Positions 25,948 through 32,000 of a DNA stretch of 32,000 bases are shown one piece after another; position 1 is the stretch's first letter, and the number at the start of each line of letters is the position of its first letter. The stretch spans positions 1,740,001-1,772,000 of the forward strand of contig NC_009925.1 of the NCBI RefSeq assembly GCF_000018105.1. The letters run 5' to 3'. Below the pieces are notes generated by a model. It was not told the DNA's origin. It did not search any database and saw nothing but the letters and a program-made list of their open reading frames with translations. A program made the position numbers and the translations under genes. The stretch is from Acaryochloris marina MBIC11017 (GTDB lineage Bacteria > Cyanobacteriota > Cyanobacteriia > Thermosynechococcales > Thermosynechococcaceae).

Positions 25948-26847
25948 TTATTCAGCTTTTGAAATTGAAACTTGAACTTTTGGAAGATAAGCTGTAAACG
26001 AGTCTGCTCCAGACAGTCTCATTTTTTTAGCAACACTTTGGGTCACTCGAATTTCAAGTATCCCAGAATGTTTATTAGGACTATTTTTTTCTCTTCCTAC
26101 GATTCTTACTGAATTTATTAATGGAGATTCTTCTCCCTCTCTCACAATTCTTAAGTATACTTGATTTGGATATTTTGAATTACAACCATACGCTAGAAAG
26201 TATGATTCATCAATATCATGAGGAACAACAACAACTGCTAAATCCTTGTTATGATCAATAGAGTGGCCACAATTTGTTTGTAGTGATGTATCAGGTAACA
26301 TGGTCAAAGCAGCTGGTATTGGCAGCTTTCCAACATCAGAAACAAACTCTTTAGTAACCTTACCTTTTACCTTGATCAACTCTATTTTTGCAAGAATATG
26401 TTGATTAAATCGTTCTGTTACTACATTAACAAATTCTTCTTTTTTTATAAAATCTTCATACTGTTTTTGACTCCATTCTTTTGTAGCATTAAAGACAAAA
26501 TCTGGCGCCCCTTTTTTAACCTTTTTTAGGTCTTTTATTTCAACGTTATCTTTATTTAAATTGTAGATATGTTCTGGTGAATAAATATTTTGTATGAGCC
26601 ATCTTAGAATCCAATCACTAGATGTGGCCTTTGCATAAATTCCTTGGGCTAAAATAAGGCCCATAATAGACATTATAGTTGTAATAATAATTTTGGCAGT
26701 CTTGAATGTTTCATGAATAGATTTTATTATTGAAATATCATTCGCGATTTGATCTTGTAATTTATTGAGTTCACTTGTAGATAAATATTCAATAGTTTGT
26801 TGTACATCTTTTTTTGAATTTTGATTATTAAAGTTTTTTTCTTTCAT
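25948..26847 (-). CDS. Orphan single-pass membrane protein (299 aa)
   Basis: A 900-nt ORF in extremely AT-rich DNA, where stop codons are frequent, argues for real coding. There is one TM helix (IIITTIMSIMGLILAQGIYA). No family recognised. Confidence 0.75.
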   Translation of the reverse strand: MKEKNFNNQNSKKDVQQTIEYLSTSELNKLQDQIANDISIIKSIHETFKTAKIIITTIMSIMGLILAQGIYAKATSSDWILRWLIQNIYSPEHIYNLNKDNVEIKDLKKVKKGAPDFVFNATKEWSQKQYEDFIKKEEFVNVVTERFNQHILAKIELIKVKGKVTKEFVSDVGKLPIPAALTMLPDTSLQTNCGHSIDHNKDLAVVVVPHDIDESYFLAYGCNSKYPNQVYLRIVREGEESPLINSVRIVGREKNSPNKHSGILEIRVTQSVAKKMRLSGADSFTAYLPKVQVSISKAE

Positions 26848-27457
26848 TGTTTTATCTCAAGAATGATTTTTATGATAATTCAAAACTAATTTTTGTGAAA
26901 TAAAAATATTCGCATTTATTTTTTAATTCATATTTTTTGGAAAAACTTAAGAACAAATATATTCTCAATCCGTTTATTGTCCTCTACCTTAATAAGCATT
27001 GTCTTATAATATTTTGCTAATCCAGTGAAATGCTAAGATGCCCTTTTTTGATATAGATACTAAATTAAGATTTACTTTAAAATTTCTTGGTCAATTTTTT
27101 TTGACAGATTGATAAAAGGAGTGAATTATATTTTTCAATAGTATTGAAATGGTGACAGATCTCAGCAACTCTCTTGTCTTAATATTCTCTCAATAAATTA
27201 AGCTTGAGCAGATATAGTTTCAACTATATTTTTCCCTAAGAAATATATAATTTAAGCTTGAATTAGAAATTTTTTATGATCACTTCCATGTAATAAAAAT
27301 CACAACTAAAATAATAAAAAATCTTAATCTTTTTGTATGTATTTTATTCTTATACATTATGCAGTTTTCTTTATTTTTTACTAAAAAATTTAATTCAGTA
27401 TTTTATTTGTCAATTTGTTGACATACTATTTTCTATAAACACCACATCATGATGAGA

Positions 27458-27774
27458 CTAAACAAAACCGAGGGATAGAGAAGTTCTAATACTTGAGGCA
27501 CCTGCATCACCAGCATCTTTAAGATAGAGACTTGTTTTTGAGAGATTGTAATCTTCCATTTGAGTCCTGATCAATTCTCCCTGTTTTCGTCGATACAGCA
27601 GTTCAATATACTGCTGTGGGGTCAATTTATTCTTACATCCAAAACTGACCCCACAGGCTTTTGCATTTTTGATTCTATGCATTCGGATTTCAGTTTCAGG
27701 CCCCTAAAAGTCATTGATTACACCTAGTGTCAGCAACCCTTCAATTGGGCCTATTGGAAAGCCTAGAGAGATTA
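27458..27774 (-). pseudogene. Serine recombinase (resolvase/invertase) remnant: C-terminal HTH part only
   Basis: ETEIRMHRIKNAKACGVSFGCKNKLTPQQYIELL...YNLSKTSLY matches the resolvase E-helix and HTH region. There is an in-frame TAG at 27704-27706. The catalytic N-domain is absent and the remnant abuts the stop of the 220-aa ORF. Confidence 0.6.
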
Positions 27775-28437
27775 TTAATTCAACTGTAACGATCTAGCAT
27801 TATCAATCACTCCTTTTACATTTCGTAATCGATCTAATTGATCGTGCCAATAAGAACTCCCTGCTGCTGCTGCAAAGCCACCAACAAAAATATTGATCAG
27901 AGGATCTTGAAGCTTATTTAATGTGTCGAGCCACTCTTTCCCTTCTTCTGAAGTGGATAATATCTGAAAAACGTAAAATTCAGATTGCCAAACTAAAAAA
28001 CATCCAACGGCTGCAGCAAGAGTACGGATGATAAAAACTCGCTTTCGTTTGTCTGCATCTAACTCAGCTTTGACATTTAATGCAACTTCATTCAGTGCAT
28101 GCTTCAATGCATCAGTTATTGGCTTACCTGCTAGCTTAGATAATTCTAATTTGATTTCATTAAGAGTCGTAATATTATGTTTAGACTTCATTTTTAGTTG
28201 TTTTTGAGCATTCATCAAAGCATCAACCTTAGAAACCATTTCTGAATTATTACCAGAGAATTCTTTTAGTAAATCTAGAGACTGTTCTATAGATATCTTA
28301 CTTTTTGCCCAAACAACTCCAAACTGTTCAAGGAATCCTCTAAAGATTTCCAATATAACTTCTACGGAAGCTGAAAGGACAAGAAACATGAAGAAAAGCA
28401 TCCCAATAAGCGATAGGAAAGAATCCATGGTTACCAA
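27775..28437 (-). CDS. Orphan membrane protein (about 3 TM plus a coiled-coil segment)
   Basis: 220-aa ORF with a TTG start at 28437; ATG at 28428 is more likely. It has hydrophobic segments at the N-terminus, VFIIRTLAAAVGCFLVW and INIFVGGFAAAAGSSYW. It is a long ORF in AT-rich DNA. Confidence 0.7.
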   Translation of the reverse strand: MVTMDSFLSLIGMLFFMFLVLSASVEVILEIFRGFLEQFGVVWAKSKISIEQSLDLLKEFSGNNSEMVSKVDALMNAQKQLKMKSKHNITTLNEIKLELSKLAGKPITDALKHALNEVALNVKAELDADKRKRVFIIRTLAAAVGCFLVWQSEFYVFQILSTSEEGKEWLDTLNKLQDPLINIFVGGFAAAAGSSYWHDQLDRLRNVKGVIDNARSLQLN

Positions 28438-28461
28438 TACTCATCGAATATTTATTTAAAA

Positions 28462-28485
28462 CTTTTGCCTTAATCAGAGCAAAAG
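28462..28485 (-). terminator. Hairpin plus T-run downstream of the integrase remnant
   Basis: CTTTTGC (28462-28468) pairs with GCAAAAG (28479-28485). On the minus strand it is followed by TTTTAAAT. Confidence 0.3.
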
Positions 28486-28579
28486 AAGACTCACCTAGAT
28501 ATCAGGTTATGAAACATTTATTATGCATCTTCACCTATCAATTATTTTTTGAAGATGCTCCATTAAAATCATTTGATAT

Positions 28580-28966
28580 TTACAACTCCATCTCAAAGAT
28601 CCGTGCCACATCCCTAGACTGAATCCCCAGATAAGCCATCGTCTGCTGCTGGGACTTATGCCCAAACGCCTCCATCACCAACGGAATCGGCGTATGCCAC
28701 TTATACTGCCAATACCCCCACGTCTTCCGCAGCGTATGGCTTCCATAGTGACCCTTTAGCCCCACCAATCGACACCAGCGCTTCACCATATTCGTCACCG
28801 TCGGCAACCGGACCATGCAGACACCAGAACAGATAGTCTTCATCCTCAAACACCCGAGACCTCAACAACGACTGAATCACCGACACCGCCTTAGAATTCA
28901 ACGTCACCAACCGATACCGGTCCGTCTTCGACTGTTTCAGATCAATCACATCCCCCACCCCCAGAT
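28580..28966 (-). pseudogene. Tyrosine recombinase/integrase, C-terminal portion (frameshifted)
   Basis: Two overlapping frames carry consecutive parts: ...DYLFW (frame A) and RLPTVTNMVKRWCRLVGLKGHYGSHTLRKTWGY...GHKSQQQTMAYLGI (frame B, with the HxxR box and catalytic Tyr). The frameshift lies at about 28800-28830. Confidence 0.8.
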
Positions 28967-30449
28967 CAATGGCACTGACTTAAGAAGTCAGGAAAAAGCT
29001 ACAAGTCTTGATAGATATAGGATCAAGACTTGCACGCCATAAACTTCTGCCTTTCACTATGTCTGAGTCAGCCGAAATTCTCAAGCAGCAATTTTCCCAA
29101 AGCCTGGGTTTACCGTGGACAGATATCCTTCCAGCCTCAAGGTTAGAGGAACTCCTGAAAGAAGAAGCATTCTCCTATCGCAACCGGATATATAGCCCCA
29201 TCGTTACGCTGTGGGCCATGCTTTACCAAGTGCTATCAGCCGATAAAAGCCTTCGTAACACAGTCAAATGCATCACGACTTGGCTCACAGCGGCTGGCAT
29301 CCAACCGCCCTCATCTGATACCGGAGCCTACAGCAAAGCCAGAAGTCGCTTTCCAGAGTCACTGTTGCAACGTTTAATTCCCGAAAGCGCTGAGTGCTTA
29401 GCGCAACCCCTCTCCCCAGAGCACCTCTGGTGTGGTCGGCCCGTCAAGGTCTACGACGGAACCACCGTGTTGATGGCTGATAGTGCGGCCAACCAAGCAT
29501 CATATCCACAACATGGCAATCAAACAGCAGGCTGTGGTTTTCCCATCGCTCGCTTGGTAGTGTTCTTCTGTTTGGTTACCGGTGCAGTGGCGTCAGCTTG
29601 TATTGCCTCCTGGGACACCAGTGAAATTGTCATGAGTCGTTTGCTCTATCAAGACCTTGAGGTCGGTGATGTGGTCATGGCGGACCAAGCTTATGGCAGC
29701 TATGTTGATCTAGCCATCATTCAACAACACAGGGCTGATGGAGTGTTGCGTAAACATCATGCTCGCAAGACTGATTTCCGCAAAGGCAACAAGCATGGCA
29801 TTGGTGATCATCAGGTGACATGGCATAAGCCAGCCCAACGGCCTGAGCACATGAGTGAGCAAGATTTTGCCCTGATTCCTCAAACATTGGTCGTTAGAGA
29901 GGTGTGTTTGCGCTTATCCCTTAAGGGCTTTCGCGACCAGCACATTATTGTGGTGACGACGCTGCTGGATGCTCAACGCTACAGCGCTGGGCAACTGACT
30001 CGCTTGTATGGCTGGCGTTGGCCAGTGGCGGAAGTCAATCTGCGCCATCTCAAAACCACCTTAAAAATGGAGATGCTCAGTGCCAAAACTCCGGATATGG
30101 TGCGCAAGGACATTTGGGTACATTTGTTGGGCTATAACCTACTCAGAAGTCTCATGGAACTTGCGGCACCGCTAGCAGATAATGCTAGAACTCAACTGTC
30201 TGTGCAAGGAGCACGACAACACTTCAATCAGATGCTTGCTTTGTTGGCGACAGCCAACCGTGCGACCAGAAAGCGGTTGTTTACTCATCTACTTGAGACC
30301 ATGGCAGCCGATCTATTACCCTCTCGACCGAATCGGCACGAACCGAGAGTCGTCAAACGCAGACCCAAATCTTTCCCGCGAATGCGACAACCTCGCTCTG
30401 CTCTCAAAGCTAAGCTAGCTGTTTGATTGAGCTTAAGTCAGTGCCATTG
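28967..30449 (+). mobile_element. Intact IS4-family insertion sequence (1483 bp)
   Basis: Perfect 18-bp terminal inverted repeats, CAATGGCACTGACTTAAG (28967-28984) and CTTAAGTCAGTGCCATTG (30432-30449). The flanking 10-bp direct repeat is ACCCCCAGAT (28957-28966 and 30450-30459). It carries a single DDE transposase ORF. Confidence 0.9.
29059..30426 (+). CDS. IS4-family DDE transposase
   Basis: D motifs are VKVYDGTTVLMADS and VVMADQAYGS, and the Y-R-E-K region is YGWRWPVAEVNLRHLK. The track ORF begins with TTG at 29008; ATG at 29059 (MSESAEIL) is preferred. Confidence 0.88.
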   Translation: MSESAEILKQQFSQSLGLPWTDILPASRLEELLKEEAFSYRNRIYSPIVTLWAMLYQVLSADKSLRNTVKCITTWLTAAGIQPPSSDTGAYSKARSRFPESLLQRLIPESAECLAQPLSPEHLWCGRPVKVYDGTTVLMADSAANQASYPQHGNQTAGCGFPIARLVVFFCLVTGAVASACIASWDTSEIVMSRLLYQDLEVGDVVMADQAYGSYVDLAIIQQHRADGVLRKHHARKTDFRKGNKHGIGDHQVTWHKPAQRPEHMSEQDFALIPQTLVVREVCLRLSLKGFRDQHIIVVTTLLDAQRYSAGQLTRLYGWRWPVAEVNLRHLKTTLKMEMLSAKTPDMVRKDIWVHLLGYNLLRSLMELAAPLADNARTQLSVQGARQHFNQMLALLATANRATRKRLFTHLLETMAADLLPSRPNRHEPRVVKRRPKSFPRMRQPRSALKAKLAV

Positions 30450-30664
30450 ACCCCCAGATAGCGCACCTGGCTCGCCCTCAACGACAGCAGCTCATTCGCC
30501 CGATAGGCCGTATTAATCCCCAGCGTAAACAGACACAGATCCCGAGGACTCCACGACAACAGCTGCTTAATCCCCGCAATCGCTTTCTTCATCCGAATTG
30601 GCTCCACCTTAATCGAAGAATCCAACTTCGAATGATTCGGATTCGACCCCTTTGGCAACGGCAT
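30450..30664 (-). pseudogene. Tyrosine recombinase/integrase, N-terminal portion (split by the IS)
   Basis: MPLPKG...RDLCLFTLGINTAYRANELLSLRASQVRYLGV. Removing the IS and one target-duplication copy restores a continuous frame, ...QVRYLGVGDVIDLKQSKTDRYRLVTLN... Confidence 0.85.
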
Positions 30665-30780
30665 AACCTACCTAAAAAGTAATTAAGTTATTTCCCTTAT
30701 CAACCTATAACTTAATCACCTCAAATTCCCCTCTCCCTCAACAAAAGCCCCAACCCCCACTCCATATCCCTTTCTCCCAT

Positions 30781-31072
30781 AGAAGAGATGATTAACTAAT
30801 GATGGAATAGTCAAACACCTCCGGTAAAACCGGAGGCTTGGAAGAACCCCTTAAAGGGGATTTTAATCGCTGGTCTTAAACTCTCACTTTTGATGTTGAC
30901 GGCAGCACATCTCCATAACACGCTGTTGTCACACTGAAGTCTTACTATAAGGCTAAGGCTTGTGGGGTTTGCAACGCCCAAATTTTTGGATGAGGCTATG
31001 ACCGCGGTAAAGGTTAAACCTTACGAGTCCTCCGGTTAAACCGGAGGCTTAAGCAGGATAGTTAATCATCTT
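30781..31072. other. About 290-bp structured element with imperfect terminal inverted repeats and twin subterminal hairpins (MITE-like or ncRNA candidate)
   Basis: The ends are GAAGAGATGATTAACTA (30781-30797) and TAGTTAATCATCTTC (31058-31072). The subterminal hairpins are CCTCCGG-TAAAA-CCGGAGG (30817-30835) and CCTCCGG-TTAAA-CCGGAGG (31028-31046). There is no ORF. Confidence 0.5.
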
Positions 31073-31098
31073 CAGTCATGAAATTTCATGAGCTGATC

Positions 31099-31141
31099 AG
31101 TTTGTATCACTTACCGAGAATGTCTCGGTAAGTGATACAAA
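31099..31141 (-). terminator. Perfect 20-bp-stem hairpin 34 nt downstream of the last minus-strand ORF
   Basis: GTTTGTATCACTTACCGAGA, loop ATG, then TCTCGGTAAGTGATACAAAC. There is no clear T-run, so the terminator role is tentative. Confidence 0.4.
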
Positions 31142-31174
31142 CTAAATCGAAAACTTTAAAAATGCAGAAGATTT

Positions 31175-32000
31175 CTACTCATCCGTATGCCAAGGATCTT
31201 TAGTAAAATTTTCATCCAAAATCCGCTTGGGTCGCATCACTAAAACCACCTGCCCATAAAGTTTCTGCTCAGGAGCCTCCGCAAACCACTGCACCTGCAA
31301 CTGCCCATCTGCCTCCACCAAAAAGTAACAGTCCTCATGCCACTGCCGCTGATCACGATCAATAATCACTAACACCTCCTCCGTTGGTCGAGGCAGATCT
31401 GGCCCTAAATCCTGTACCTGCGCTAACAACGCCACCGGATCCTCCGCCCGCAAAATCACCTGCCAACCCGGAACCGGAACCCAAGCACAAGTCCCTGAAA
31501 ACTGCACCATCCCAAACGGTTCTTCTTCCTCAACCACCGGCACCGCCTTCAAATCCGCCAGCGTCAATGGCAAGTGCCCCATCACTGGCATCAACCGGGG
31601 CAACTCCTCCTCTGACTCCAGCCGGAAAAATGGCAGACGGGGAGCCTCTTTCGCCTTCACCACCGAGAAGTCGCTCAATAGCTGCTGTAACTGCTCCCGT
31701 GCCGAATCACTATGGGCATACTTTAGTCCTTGACCAATGAGTCGCGATCTCTCCTGCAAATCATCCTTTTGACGGGCAAAATACCAGCATCGGTAGGCCA
31801 TAGCATCTCCCGGTGTATCGGTAAAACCCACCGGAGTCTCCGAGAGACGACTGAACTCCTTCATCGCCTTTGCGATCGCACGGGCATCATCTGCATCCAA
31901 CTGCTTTTCTGCCGCCAGTGTGGCCGCTGCCGCGCGTTCCACCTGATTCAACACCCGAAACTCATAGAGAATATCGCTACGGCGCTCACCAAAATATTGG
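31175..32000 (-). CDS. Hypothetical acidic protein, 5'-truncated by the window edge
   Basis: The track gives a GTG start at 31954, but the frame stays open to base 31999 (...QYFGERRSDILYEFRVLNQVERAAA...), so the gene probably starts beyond the window. It contains a HIP1 site. No family recognised. Confidence 0.7.
   Translation of the reverse strand, partial: QYFGERRSDILYEFRVLNQVERAAAATLAAEKQLDADDARAIAKAMKEFSRLSETPVGFTDTPGDAMAYRCWYFARQKDDLQERSRLIGQGLKYAHSDSAREQLQQLLSDFSVVKAKEAPRLPFFRLESEEELPRLMPVMGHLPLTLADLKAVPVVEEEEPFGMVQFSGTCAWVPVPGWQVILRAEDPVALLAQVQDLGPDLPRPTEEVLVIIDRDQRQWHEDCYFLVEADGQLQVQWFAEAPEQKLYGQVVLVMRPKRILDENFTKDPWHTDE

Noticed and set aside
31028-31060. Resemblance of CCGGAGGCTTAAGCAGG to the SRP (4.5S) RNA domain IV core CCGGAAGGAAGCAGC.
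   Set aside because: The GGAA tetraloop context and the complementary strand of the SRP helix are missing. The hairpin is duplicated at 30817-30835, which fits a repeat element better.
25297-31174. A tRNA or tmRNA gene as the integration target of the island, and direct att repeats at its two edges.
   Set aside because: No T-arm or acceptor-like sequence was found by eye. The only shared string between the edges is a 9-mer (TGATTAACT), which is not significant. A tRNAscan/ARAGORN run and strain comparison would be decisive.
113-31740. Many track ORFs nested in or antisense to large genes, for example 113-304, 231-461, 555-767, 1055-1303, 5084-5272, 5519-5725, 6643-6921, 7514-7756, 8153-8362, 9513-9803, 10599-10913, 10880-11367, 11683-11994, 12723-12926, 13340-13525, 14142-14348, 14665-15443, 17273-19450, 21613-23941, 24067-24609, 28815-29042, 30182-30418 and 31384-31740.
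   Set aside because: Each overlaps a longer ORF that has clear family motifs. Their compositions (Pro/Arg/Gly-rich) are typical of off-frame translation of GC-normal coding DNA.

Overview
All calls below come from reading the ORF translations and the DNA by eye. No homology search, folding or statistics were run.

The window looks like cyanobacterial chromosome. There are six exact HIP1 octamers (GCGATCGC at 1404, 1789, 10962, 12782, 13860, 31872), against roughly 0.5 expected by chance. Composition is strongly mosaic.

Layout, left to right:
- (1) rsmA/ksgA-ispE housekeeping pair on the minus strand.
- (2) An AT-rich 2.0-5.0 kb stretch with gene debris and four tandem genes for short double-glycine-leader peptides.
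- (3) Co-directional HlyD-type adaptor, C39-peptidase ABC exporter and a fifth, divergent leader peptide. These are followed by an unusual pair: a Roadblock/LC7-domain fusion protein and a P-loop small-GTPase-like protein carrying one TM helix and a TPR tail.
- (4) Two small membrane proteins and a DUF697-type membrane GTPase.
- (5) An RND efflux pair (adaptor plus AcrB-like pump).
- (6) An AT-rich islet with a Coq4-like HDxxH protein and small membrane proteins.
- (7) A molybdopterin oxidoreductase (minus strand) divergent from a secreted S1 protease.
- (8) A very AT-rich about 3.3 kb island with three orphan membrane or secreted proteins and a truncated resolvase. Next to it is a tyrosine-integrase pseudogene that is both frameshifted and split by an intact IS4-family element with 18-bp inverted repeats and a 10-bp target duplication.
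- (9) A hairpin-dense non-coding region containing a roughly 290-bp TIR-bounded structured element.
- (10) A 5'-truncated unknown ORF at the window edge.

The candidate I rank highest for novelty is the Roadblock plus TM-GTPase-TPR module attached to the peptide-export operon. The second is the orphan cargo of the AT-rich island.
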